Source: the human T2T-CHM13v2.0 reference genome, Homo sapiens
Reading direction: 5' to 3' (one strand)
NCBI RefSeq assembly: GCF_009914755.1
Contig: NC_060927.1
DNA length: 64,000 nt
Positions within the stretch are counted from its first letter, which is position 1; each line of letters opens with the position of its first letter. The translations under genes were made by a program, and so were the position numbers. Positions 26,667 to 39,588 of the stretch are shown piece by piece. The notes beneath the pieces are model-generated. The model did not search any database. It was not told the origin of the DNA and was given only the letters and a program-made list of their open reading frames with translations.

Positions 26667-27987
26667 TGAATAAACTGTTCTAATTCCAAACTAACTCCAT
26701 GAGGAATATTTTACATTTTCTTGCTTATTTCCTTTCGATCTTTAAAAAAAAAAGACAGAAATCTTTGAGTTACAGTGTATTTTGTGTGGTTTTGAGGATT
26801 TGTCTAATCCTGGTTAAGAGAACTTGGAAGCCTATTGTATCTTTTTTAAATGTTATTTTTTATATATTTATTTTATTTAAATTTAGTTAAAAAATAATTA
26901 AACAAAAAGATAAATTTTACCTACTGTGATGGTTGAAGCAGCCACAACACCTATTGTATCTTGATATCCCATGTTAGAAGAGTTAAAGCCCCCAAATTTT
27001 GAGCCTAATAAAGTTTCAGGAAATTTTTCAAAAGTGCTGCATAATAGACAACTATTAACTAATAAAAACTTTTTACTTATTTGATAAATTAGGCTTTCTA
27101 TATTCAGAGGCTTTTTTTCTTGTTTGAACATTCAGTTCACAAATATCACAAGTCCTGATCACTCTCAAGTTAATATTAGGATTAAATGAGATAATATATG
27201 GAAAATACCTGATAAACCTACAAAATAAAATGTTGGTGTTTAATAAATGTTATTTCCTCCCTTCCTTTTTTGACTTTAAAATAGCTTTATTTAAACTTAC
27301 ACAATTACTCATACTCATAATTTTTTAAATTCAGGATATTTTTACTTTTTTCAAATGGGATGTCACAAAAAAAGAATTTAAAATTTCACATATATTTGCA
27401 TATGTGCATATATAATCTAATATCCCTAGAAATTTTGATTACTTGTGTTTAAATTTATAGTACAGGGAAACATTAAATTATACATAGCAAAGAAATCTAG
27501 GAATCAAATGCAAATTATGTTTTTCTCCTGAAGACATAATTTTCCTAATGACTATATAATATATCCAATTCACATTGATTAAGATTATTGTTATTAGGCT
27601 TCATTTAATTCTTCCTTTTAATGTGCTTTAAATTTCAATTTAATAGAGCATGTATTATAATAATGTAATATCAATTAAGGTCTTCCTTAATGTTCCAGAT
27701 ATTTTCTCCTGATGCATAATATGAAAACTCCAAACTTTCATGGGCAAAAAATGTAGAAATAATCAGTACTGTAAGTACATAAAATAACATTTAAATTATT
27801 TGCTGAAGTTTCTCATGGCAAATTAAGACAAATTATAATTTATAAATTGAATATCTCTTCTTAATGAAAACATTTTGTGGTGTGATCAGAATTTTATATT
27901 TTTAAGTCAATCTAGTTAAGGAAACCATGCTCTGATGACACATCATGAGGATGACATAATGATGATACCCACTAATGATAATGCTGA

Positions 27988-28794
27988 TGAAACTGGCAAG
28001 GTTCCTTATCCCCCTTGCAGGATATGCGACAGGGGTGTGGCTTGCTACTTTTGCCCCCGTGCTCAAACTCCTAGGGGGAGCATGCAGTGCCCCAGGTGTA
28101 CTGGCTGTGGGGAATGCTTTTGAGCTCTGGCTCTATAGCAGCATCTAGGGGTCTATGACTCCAAGTGAGCGTGTGTTACAGTGTGCTCTTTCAGCTTTGC
28201 CTTCTGCAGACCATTTGTGTTAATCAGCTCAATAGATCCTCTGCCTTATTGCAAGGGCAGCGGACCAGTGTGACAGCCTGAGTTCTTGCCCAGTGTACCA
28301 GAAGAATTAGATCATAGGTGGGCTGGAAGAATCAGTGCAAAATTTTATTGAGTGGTGGAGGTGGCTGTCAGCGAGATGCCTGGGGAGCCGGAAGCGGGGG
28401 ATGGAATGGGAAGGTGGTTTTCTCCTGGGGCTGGGCTGTCCAGCTGCCGGGACTCTTCTCCAACTGCCCCTTCTGAACTCCACTCACTCTCCTGATGTCC
28501 TTCCTCTTCTCTCTTTCTCCCGATGTTGTTCCCCCATCACTGGTCTGCTGGTGTCTTCTGGTGTGTTTCTCTTCTCCTCTTAACATTCAGCTGCTTGTGT
28601 CTGTGCCTGCTAATGTCTCGGGTTTATATAGGCACAGGATGAAGGGTGTGGCAGACCAAAAGGCAACTTTTGGGGCATGAAAACAGAAATGACTGTCCTC
28701 ATTTAGGGCCAGGGTTGTTCAGGCTTGAGAGTGGGGCCTTTGCCAGGGAACTACCCTTTCTACAGGTATTTCCCTGTCTTATGTCCATATATCA
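27988..28794 (-). mobile_element. Solo LTR, LTR1/MER52 group (ERV1)
   Basis: TG...CA termini, perfect 4-bp TSD CTGA (27984-27987 / 28795-28798), homologous to 53154-53759. Confidence 0.9.
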
Positions 28795-29358
28795 CTGATT
28801 CAGGTAGAATGGCCTTAGATTTTGATGAGAACATGACAGTGGAAACTACAGCTTTAATTTTATAGAGAAGACAGGATATTCACCGCATAAATATTCTCTT
28901 TATTCAAATATCCTGTCATTAAGAAAGATAATAGATCTTCATAGCATGTAGTTATGTCCCCCAGTCTTCTTTCAATTTGTTAGAAATTAATAAAATCATT
29001 TGTTTGATAGAAGATGAATACCACATATCTTTTTCTAAGGTACAACCTCTCACTGAATCTATGTTTCCTTAAAATAGTTAAGTTTATCATGGTTTAATTA
29101 ATATATAAACAGTTTAATATTGAAGACAACAGAAAAGTGTTTGTCCTTAAATGGCACATTTTTTGAAAGTTTTGACCACTGACCAGCCCATATTTTAGCT
29201 TTTATGTTTCTTCTTCAGAGGCTCTGAACATGGAGAAAAAGTATCACAAAGGAACATATTGGTGTCGTATGTAACTCTATGATCAAAAACCTCAACTGGA
29301 TCTTCAGCACTGCCTACTAATCACACAATATTTCTCTGATAATATTACTCTCTCACAC

Positions 29359-31599
29359 TGTATAAGTCCATTTTCATGCTGCTATGAAGAAATATCTGAG
29401 ACTAGGTAGTTTATAAAGAAAAGAGGTTTAACTGACTCGCAGTTCCACATGGCTGTGGAGGCCTCTGGAAACCTACAGTCATGGCAAAAGGCACCTCTAC
29501 ACAGGATGGCAAGAGAGAGAATGAGTGCAAGCAGGGGAAATGCCAAACACTTAAAAACAATTAGATAGATCTTGTGAGAACTCAATCACTATCACGAAAA
29601 CAGCATGGGGGAAACCGCCCCTATGATTCAATTACCACCATCTGGTCCTGCCCTTGACACATGGGGATTATTACAATTCAAGGTGAGATTTTGGGTGAGG
29701 ACACAGAGCCAAATCATATTCTGCCCTTGGCCCCTCCCAAATCTCATGTCCTCACATTTCAAAACACAATCATGCCCTTCCAACAGTCCCCCAAAATCTT
29801 AACTCATTTCAGCATTAACTCAAAAGTCCAAGTCCAAGGTCGCATCTGAGACAAGGCAAGTCCCTTTTGTCTATGAGCCTATAAAATTGAAAGTTATTTA
29901 CTTCCTAGATAAAATGGAGGTACAGGCATTGGGTAAATATACTGGTTCCAAATGGGAGAAATTGGCTGAAACAAAGGGGCTACAGGCCCCATGCAAGTCC
30001 AAAATCCAACAGAGCAGTCAGTAACCTTAAAGTTCCAAAATGATCTCCTTTGACTCCATGTCTCACATCCAGGTCACATTGATGCAAGAGTTGGGCTCCC
30101 ATGACATTGTGCAGCTCCTACCTGCTGCGTTGCAGGGTACAGCCAGCCTCCTGTCTGTTTCACAGGCTGACATTGAGTGTCTGCAGCTTTTCCAGGTGCA
30201 TGGTGCAAGCTGTCTATGGATCTACCATACTGGGGTCTGGAGGATGGTGGCCCTCTTCTCATAAGTCCACTAGGCAGTGCCCCAGAGGGGACTCTGTGTG
30301 GGGGTGCGAGCCTCACATTTTCCTTTCCATGCTGCCCTAGCAGAGGTTTTTCATGAGGGTTCCTCCCCTGCAGCAAACTTCTGCCTTGACATCTAGGCAT
30401 TTACATATGTCCTCCAAAATCTAGACAGAGGATCCCAAACCTCATTTCTTAACTTCTATGCACCCACAGTTTCAACACCACATGAAAGCCACCAAGACTT
30501 GGGGCTTGCACCCTCTGAAGCAATGGCCCAAGCTATGCCTTGGCCACTTTTAGCCATGGCAGAAACTGAAGCAGCTGGAACACTGGGCACCATGTCTCGA
30601 GGCTGCACAGAGCGGGAGCGACCAGGGCCCAGACCAGGAATCCATTTTTTCTTCCTAGGTCTCTGGGCCCATGATGGGAGAGGCTACCATGAGGTCTCAG
30701 ACATGCCCTGGAGGCATTTTCCCCAATTGTATTGGTGATTGACATTTGGCTCCTCATTACTTATGCTGATTTCTGCAGTGGGCTTGAATTTCTCCACAGA
30801 AAATGTTTTTTTTTTTTCTTTTCTATCATATCATCTGGCTGCAAATTTTTCAAGCTCTTATGTTCTGTCACCTCTTGAAATCTTTGCTGTTTAGAAAATT
30901 ATTCGACCAGATACCATAAATCGTCTCTCTCAAGTTCAAAGTTCCACAGATCTCTAGAGCAAGGGCATAGCAAAGGTCACCTTTATTCCAGTTCCTAACA
31001 AGTTCCTCACCTCCATCTGCAACAACCTCAGCCTGGACTTCATTGTCCATATCACTATCAGCATTTTGGTCAAAACCATTCAACAAGTATCTAGGAAGTT
31101 CCAAACATTCTCACATCTTCCTGTCTTCTTCTGAGCCCTCCAAACTATTCCAACCTCTACCTGCTACCCAGTTCCAAAGTCACTTCCACAGTTTTGGGTC
31201 TCTTTATAGCAGCACCACACTCTCTGCAGTACCAATTTACTGTATTAGTCTATCCTCATGCTGCTATGAAGAAATACCTGAGACTGGGTAATTTGTAAAG
31301 AAAATAGGTTTAATTAATTCACAGTTCCACATGGCTCTGGAAGACTCCAGAAATGTACATTCATGACAAAAGGCACTTCTTCACAGGTCTGCAGAAAAGA
31401 AGATGAGTGCCATCAGGAGAAATGCCAGATGCTTATAAAACCATCAGATCTCATGATAACTCATTTACTATCACGAGAATAGCATGGGGGAACCTGCCCC
31501 CATGATTCAATTACCTCCACCTGGTCCCAGCCTTGACCTGTGGGGATTATTATAATTCAAGGTGAGATTTGAGTGGAGACACAGTGCCAAACCATATCA
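29359..31599 (-). mobile_element. Complete MaLR element (THE1D/MSTA-like): LTR 29359-29718, internal region, LTR 31241-31599
   Basis: Two ~360-bp LTRs, ~1.5-kb THE1-type internal region, 5-bp TSD CACAC (29354-29358 / 31600-31604). Confidence 0.95.
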
Positions 31600-32399
31600 C
31601 ACACCATATTCTATTTTTTACAAAATTCTGAAAGTTTTTTAAATGTCTCCTCACCAGTAAATAATAACACTGTGTACTTCACAACAGAAATAAAAACTAT
31701 AGGAGGTAACTGACAACTTTGGTTAAAAATATCTGCATAAATCCTTATTTATTTTATTCTGTAACAATATGAAGATGACACAATCTGAACACTTATTTTT
31801 ATTCTTTCCATTTTCTTTAATACTCATAAGCACATTCATATCACACACAAACACACGCACACACATATGCACACACACTCAACATCTTTCAAATGTTTTC
31901 AATTCAATTTCTCTCTCCTCATTTTATCTCCTCTGGCCCAGTAGAAATTCCCTGTCTTTTTTTTTTTTTTAATGAATTTCTATATTCCCTAACACGAAGT
32001 ATTTCTTACCAATACCCAGTACAGACATACATAAATTCACAACAAGGTTTTGCTGAGGTTACTTCTTTTTTTGGCATTTTCTTAGTGATTTGCAACCAAT
32101 TCCTCTTTAATGAAATCTGTATTTGCCTTGGTCATGACACCTGGGATGTAGCACCTTGTACTTACCCTTAGTAACACATATCATTATCACAATTATAATT
32201 AAATCAATAACATATAAATTTCTTATTTGTAATATTAAATAAGAAATATATATTCCTTATTTAAATACATAAAATATATTTTAAAATATATATTTCAAGA
32301 GGCAAAGGAAGAGATGTCTTGTTCAAATTACTCAGTATATTTCATATAGGAATCAGTCCGTAAATGTTGCCATTTGTGTTGGAACTTAGTGATTAAATG

Positions 32400-32595
32400 A
32401 TAGTAACTCAATAGAAATATCTGCAATTGTAAGAAATCTCTATATCTGCACTATCAAATATGGTAGCCAGTAGCCATATGTGGCTCATGAGCTCTTGAAA
32501 TTAGCTAATTTGACTAACAAACTGAATTTTTTATTCTATGTAATTTTATTTGCTTTAAAAATAGTCACAGGACACTAGTAGATATTAATTTAGGG
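32400..32595. mobile_element. MER3-like hAT-Charlie element
   Basis: CTATATCTGCACTATCAAATATGGTAGCCAGTAGCCATATGTGGCT...CTTGAAAT. Confidence 0.75.
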
Positions 32596-32719
32596 GTCTA
32601 GTTTTGAAAAAAAAAGTATAAGTAAAACACACACACGGGGAATCTTTATAGAGACAAGAACAAAGATTAGAGAAAATATTTTTTAAATAGCTATATATGT
32701 TCCATTATACTATAAATGA

Positions 32720-32924
32720 GAGGACTAAGCTGAAGACTCTCCCTGCCAAATCCTGGCCTGCCCTTTTACTGTACCAGGTATTCTATCTGCTTCTAGGTCT
32801 GAAGGCCTCCCCTGCCTAATCTTATTTCCCTCCCCTTTCACCTTTCAAAAATGGTATCCTATAATAAGTCTCTTGCAATTGTAACTCTATGTCAGTGACT
32901 GCTTCCAAAAGACCTGATTAACAC
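32720..32924 (+). mobile_element. LTR16-like ERVL LTR 3' part
   Basis: AATAAGTCTCTTGCA...CTGCTTCCAAAAGACCTGATTAACACA. Confidence 0.6.
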
Positions 32925-34589
32925 AAGGACTTTATAGTATCCCAGACACACGATTAGACATGCAATATGAAAAATAATTGCCATCATTTCACTTAAATCA
33001 CACTTAATATAATTCCTTCTCATTATTACCATATATAAGCAATTTGTACCATTTTGTATTTTAGTTTATGTGGAGACTGTCTTTTGCTAACCTCTTTAGT
33101 ATGGAGCAACTACGAACAGCAATGAAGCAAGAATTACTTCTTAGATTTGAAAATAATTTTATCTGAGAAATTATGGAATGGCATTTTTTCTAAGGAAATA
33201 ACTCAGAATGTATAATGAAAAGAATGTCACGATTAATTTAGGCTTAATGTTTTATGAGAAGAAAAGAAGACATTAAAACACAATTATTGATTTTAGGATT
33301 TAATGTATGTGAATTTTTAAAAATATTAATAAACATCCTAAAGTCACAGAATTTTACACTGTTTACTTTCTTGATACTACTTATGTAAATCACTTGTATC
33401 AAAAACTCTTCTATATGACAAATTCTTTACGACATGGAATTGTTCATAATTAAAATTCAATTATTTGTAGCTTGGGTAAAATATAAATAAGGACTGTGAA
33501 GTAAATAGCTTTTAACACTATGCATCTTTTGCAAGTGTTTTTTTTCTTTCATTGGTTAGTAATAAAATACTAGGCTATCTACAATGTTTGTGTTTAGGAG
33601 AATTAAATAGGTATGCAATGGTATACAAGACATAACCGTATTTTTAAGGGAGAAAATTCAGAAGCTGCCTTAATTAAATATCTATCTGTGAAAAGCATAT
33701 TTAAAAATGACAGTATACTTACAAGGAAACAATAATCAAATGATTTTTCTAATGCTATTTTTGAAAATATTTTCTTATTTGAGTATACATCAAAGAATGG
33801 GAAAAATTCTACATCCTTAATTGAAGACTAGATGGATTTTCATACATTCCTTGAATTGGATAACCAAGATTTTCTATACTTCCACACAATTTTTGTCTTG
33901 TTTAAAATAATCAACATCTAAAATAGAAAAGGCAACTTTGTTTAAAGGTGTTACACTATTATGATGAAGAGTAACATGAAAATCTGAACAGGACCCAAAC
34001 ACATTTTTTTCTGCATTATTTAAGAGTTCTATATTATGGAGTTTATTAAAATTGGTCCTTGTTCCAAATATATCATGCTGACCTTTTAACTTTATTTCCC
34101 TGTGGTCTGTGGACTATATAACCTTCTCCTTGGTTTTATTGCCAATTTCAAGATTTTTATTTTTATTGTTTGTGATGCCTCAATATTCTATAACTTATTC
34201 ACTGTGTAAATGAACTGTAATTCTTATTTTGTAAATATGATTTTCATTTAGCAAAACTTTAACACATTTTCTGAGCAAAAACCGTGTCACATGGCAATTA
34301 TTAGTAGACACATAAATACGCATGGTGAAATGAAAGTCATTTTTTAATACATGTCTAGCTTAAATTTTCAGTATCAATAAGATGCCTGCCCTTGTATAAC
34401 AAATAATGTCAATCTTGGGCATTTTTTCAGTTATTCTCCAGATTCGCTGAATTTAGTAAAAGCAAATGTATTTAGTGTATACAGTTCCTCTTATATATTC
34501 ATTCAAGTGAATAAACTCAAAGCAGAGTAAAAATTTATTGAACTTTGCCAGAATGCTCTTCAAGAACTCACGAAGTATAATTACTCTCA

Positions 34590-35079
34590 AACTGATCTCC
34601 CCTGATGCATTGGGATCTAGCAACACTAGCCACCTTGCTTTTTCTCACACACTCCAGGCATCCTCCCCTTTAAGATTTGTGTACTAGCTATTCTCTCTAT
34701 TTCAAGTGCTCTCCCCCAAGAATCTCCACAGCTAACTCTCACCTCTTTCAAGGCTTTAATCAAATGCCACATTCTATTTATAGATATAGTTATTTTTCCC
34801 TATTTATAGTTATAACTCCTACTCTCACCCCTTACTCTCAATTTTCATTGTCCTCTTCTCATTTTATTTTCCCAAAGTCCTTTTCACTTTTTATATTATA
34901 TGAAATGTAGGATGTAAATTGGTTACATTTATTCTTTATTTTCTGATTCACACAAAAAGAATATAAGCTAAGCCCTATGAGGCACATATTTTTTGTTTGT
35001 TTTGGTCATTAATATGTCATGTCTTGCATAGTAGGCACTTAATATGTGTGTGTTAAATGAAATAATGTAAATGAATGAA
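34590..35079 (+). mobile_element. L2 3' end
   Basis: Ends GCATAGTAGGCACTTAATATG...TAAATGAATGAA, the L2 terminus. Confidence 0.75.
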
Positions 35080-35470
35080 GTTATTATACATGATTTTATG
35101 GTCAGTTGATATTTTCAATATGTATTATCTATCATGTATCAAGCACTGTGTTATTTTTGGTGAATATAATCATGAAAAAGACAGCACGGGGCTATCCTCA
35201 AGTAGCTAACACCATATAGTAGAAGATGGAGATTAAAGAAAAACACAAAAGATTGATTATGAAAAGGCTTTGAATGAAAAGTACGTGGATATTATGGATG
35301 CATGAAAGAAGAAAGTTGTCCTAGTCTGAGGGAAGAGGAGGGGTGTAAAGGGAGGGGAAGATATTTATAGGAAGTGTTAAGTAACTGCTATTAATCTTGA
35401 AGATTTTTTATTTTTTATGCTCAATGACAAAATGAAAACTATAGGCTACATGAGGATTTTTTATTTAAAA

Positions 35471-36682
35471 TTGAAATTGGATCCCTTTCTTTACTCAAGG
35501 TGGATTAAAGACTTAAATGTAAAACATAAACTATAAAAAACCTTGAAGATAACCTAGGCAATACTATTCTGGACATAGAACTGGGCAAAGATTTTATGAT
35601 GCGGATGCCAAAAGGAACTGCAACAAAAACAAAAATTGACAAATGAGATCAAATTAAACTAAAGAGCTTCTGCATAGCAAAAGAAATTATCAACAGAGTG
35701 CACAGGCAACCTACACAATGGTTCAAGGGTACAGCTGAATGTTTGTTACATAGGTAGAAAGATTTGCAAACTATGCATCTGACACAGATCTAATATCCAG
35801 AATCTATATGGAACGTAAACAAATTTACGAGGAAATATGAAAGTCCCTATTAAAATGTGGACAAAAGACATGAACAGTACTTCTCAAAAGAAGACATACA
35901 CAGCCAACAAGCATATGAGAAAATGTTCAACGTCACTAATCATTAGAGAAGTGCAAATCAAAACCACAGTGAGATACCTTGTCACATCAGTCAGAATGGC
36001 TATTAATAAAAAGTCAGAAAATAACAGGTGCTGGCAAGGTTGTAGAGAAAAGGCAATGCTTATACTCTCCTGGTGCGAATATAAATTAGTTTAGCCATTG
36101 TAGAAAGCAGTTTGGCAGTTTCTGAAAGAAACTGAAACAGAATTTCTATTCTATCCCAGAACCCCAGTATTGGGTATAAACCCAAAGGAAAATAAATCAT
36201 TCTATCATAAAGACACCTGCACGCATATGTTCATTGCAGCGCTATTCACAAAAGCAAACACATTGAATCAATATAAATGTCCATCATCGGTACACTGGAT
36301 AAGGAAGATGTGGTACACGTACACCATGGAATATTACATAGCAATAAAAGCAATGAGATTATGTTCTTTGCAGCAACATGCATGTAACTGAAGCCCAACT
36401 AAACAAACTAACACAGAAACAGAAAATCAAATACCACATATTGTCACGTATATGTGGGAGCTAAACACTGAGTATCTATGAACACGAAGCAGGAAAAAAC
36501 AGACACCAGGGTCTACTTGAGGGTGGAGGGTGGGAGGAGGGTGAGGATAAAAAAACTGCCTAGCAGATACTATGCTTATTACCTGAGTGATTAAACAATC
36601 TGTACATCAAACCCCTACAACATGCAATTTACCTATAAAGCAGACATGCAAATGTACCCATGAACCTAAATAAAAGTTAAAA
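35471..36682 (+). mobile_element. 5'-truncated L1PA15/16-like element
   Basis: ORF2 C-terminal peptides (CSTSLIIREVQIKTT; KDTCTHMFIAALFT) and 3'UTR ending GAACCTAAATAAAAGTTAAAA. Confidence 0.9.
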
Positions 36683-37540
36683 GTGACTATTGTTGACATT
36701 ATTAAATTAAAATAAATAATAGATAAAAGGTATCAATATTTTGTACACATGCTAATTGATATAAATTTCATGAAAAACCTTGTGTACAGATGAACAGACA
36801 ACTTAAAAGATGAATATGGAAATAAAGCATTTTGGGGGAGATGTAGAGACAGAAATATTGTAAGCACTGAGTATCATTTACACAAAACAAGAATAAATAC
36901 GTACAAGTATTAGAGATCACTGATACCTGATCATAAGGTATTAATCAGGGTTACCTTAGAATAACATATGCTGTTTACTACCAGCTTCATAGGCTTCCAC
37001 AGTCATCTAAATTTAAAAATTAATGAAGTAAAATGCCAATCTTTCTCTTTCTAGTTTGAACACAGAATTTATCAGTGAGCCAGGAAATTTCTGGGAATAA
37101 ACTAATTAAAATACAGATTTCAAAATATATATTATTGACCAACAAATTATTGAGTTGATAAAATATTTCTATTTAGGTACTATGTGTTAAAAATAAAAAT
37201 AACTCATGTATTAAAGCAAAAGTTAAACGTAATTATATGTGATGTATAATTGTGTATTTTAGTTGATTCCTAAGCCTTGCATGTTTCTAAAACTATACCA
37301 CTGGTGTTTTTTTTGAAAAATAACTTTTTTAAAAAAAAATCTCAAACATTTTTAATCAAGCCAACAAATATAACTGAAAAGGAGGTGAAATCTGTATCAT
37401 ATAAGAATTTTTTACTGAATAAAATGACCCAATGTAGTCATGATGTGTTAAAAGGGAAATTTTCTTAGTAGAGAGATCATAAATTGAAATTTGAAAAGCA
37501 GTTTGGAGCTATGGATTCAAGTAGTACCTTGGCTAGATGG

Positions 37541-37946
37541 TGCATTGATTTCTCTGGGCTGCTGTAACAAAGTGCCACCAACTAGGTGGCTTATAACAAC
37601 AGAGACTTATTTTCTTGTGGTTCTGGAGGCTATACGTCCAAAGTCCAGGCATCAGCAAGGGGGGGCACGCTGTCTTCTCCAGATTCTGGTGGTTTCTGGC
37701 AATTCTTAGCATTTCTTGGATCACAGCTACATCACTCCAGTCTCTACCTCTGTGGTCACACGGCTATCTTCCCTTTGTCTGTGTCTTCACATGGCATTCT
37801 CTGTGTGCCTCTTTTAAGGATAGGGTTATATCGGATTAAGGGCCCATCCTGCTCCAGTAAAACCCCATATTAATTGGCATCTTAATTATATCTGCAAAGA
37901 CTCTATTTTCCATAAGGTCACATTCACAGGGATTAGGACTTCAACA
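37541..37946 (-). mobile_element. MLT1B/C-like MaLR LTR
   Basis: GGGCTGCTGTAACAAAGTGCCAC...GGTGGCTTA...TTCTGGAGGCTA...TCTGCAAAGACTCTATTT...AAGGTCACATTCACAGG. Confidence 0.85.
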
Positions 37947-38179
37947 GCAGTTGATAGTATGGCATATCGTTTCCTACTCTAGGTCATGAATTTACTTAAC
38001 TGATTAGCAAAACTTGAACTGAACTTACATGAGGCTACTTATAGATATTATATTTATTATTCATATTTTTACATATATAACTTTTATATAGACATTTTTA
38101 ACTATACTTGTGAATAGTCCTAAATTCTGTTGCAGAAACACTAATACTTTTCAAGTGTTGCTCTAGGTCTTTCTGGTGA

Positions 38180-38327
38180 GATATATATATATATATTTTA
38201 AATTTTCCCATACGTTACTGGGGTACAGGTGGTATTTGGTTACATGAGTAAGTTCTTTAGTAGTGATTTGTGAGATTTTGGTGCACCTGTCACCCAAACA
38301 TTATACACCCTACCCTATTTGTAGTCT
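38180..38327 (-). mobile_element. L1PB1-like 3' terminus
   Basis: GGTGGTATTTGGTTACATGAGTAAGTTCTTTAGTAGTGATTTGTGAGATTTTGGTGCACC. Confidence 0.9.
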
Positions 38328-38991
38328 GCTGGGATAATTGGCTAGCCACATGTAGGAGAATGAAACTGGATCCTCGTCGCTTACCTTGTGCAAAAATCAA
38401 CTGAAGGTGGATTAAGGACTGAAAGCTAAGAACTGAAACTATAAAAATTCTAGAAGATAACATTGGAAAAACCCTTCTAGATATTGGCTTAGGCAAGGAT
38501 TTCCCAAAAGCAAATGCAATCCAAACAAAGATAAATAGCTGGGACTTAATTAAAATAAAGAGCTTTCGCATGACAAAACGAACAGTCAGCAGAGTAAACA
38601 GACAACTCACAGAGTTGGAGAAAATCTTCACGATCTATACATCTGACAAAGAACTAATATCCAGAATCTACAACGAACTCCAATCAGTAAGAAAAAAAAC
38701 AACCCCGTCAAAAAGTGGGCTAAGGACATGAATAGACAATTCTCAAAAAAAGACATATAAATGACCAACAAACATGAAAAAATGCTCAACCTCACTAATG
38801 ATCAGAGAAATGCAAATCAAAACCACAATGCAACACCACCCTACTCCTACAAAAATGGCCATAATCAAAAAAACAGTAGATGTTGGCGTGGATGCGGGGA
38901 TCAGGGAACAGTTCTACACTGCTGATGGGAATGTAAATTAGTACAGCCACTATGGAAAACAGTGTGGAGATTCCTTAAAGAACTAAAAGTA

Positions 38992-39281
38992 GGCCGGGCC
39001 CATGACTCATGCTTGTAATCCCAGTGCTTTGGGAGGCTGAGATGAGTGGATCACGAGGTCAGGAGATTGAGACCATCCTGGCCAACATGGTGAAACCCCG
39101 TCTCTACTAAAATACAAAGAATTAGCCAGGGTTGGTGGTGCACACCTGTAGTCCCAGCTACTTGGGAGGCTGAGATAGGAATGGCTTGAACCCTTGAGGC
39201 GGAGGTTGCAGTGAGCTGAAATTGCGCCACTGCACTCCAGCCTGGGTGACAGAACAAGACTCCATCTCAAAAAAAAAAAAA
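38992..39281 (+). mobile_element. AluSc-like element inserted in L1PB with TSD AACTAAAAGTA
   Basis: GGCCGGG start, GGATCACGAGGTCAGGAGATTGAGACCATCCTGGCCAAC; TSD at 38981-38991 / 39282-39292. Confidence 0.95.
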
Positions 39282-39444
39282 AACTAAAAGTAGAACTACC
39301 ATTTGATCCAGCAACCCCACTACTAGGTATCTACCCAAAGGGAAAGAAGTCATTATAAAAAAAGATATGGCAGCACAGTTGGCAATCGCAAAATCATGGA
39401 GCCAATAAAAATGCCCATCAATCAACTAGTGGATAAAGAAACTA

Positions 39445-39541
39445 ATATATATATATATACACATATATATATACACACACAAATATATATACACAAACAC
39501 ACACATATAGATATACAAACACACATATATATACACACACG

Positions 39542-39585
<44 letters not shown>

Positions 39586-39588
39586 ACA
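39445..39588. repeat. Compound (TA)n/(CA)n microsatellite in L1PB
   Basis: Read directly. Confidence 0.9.
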
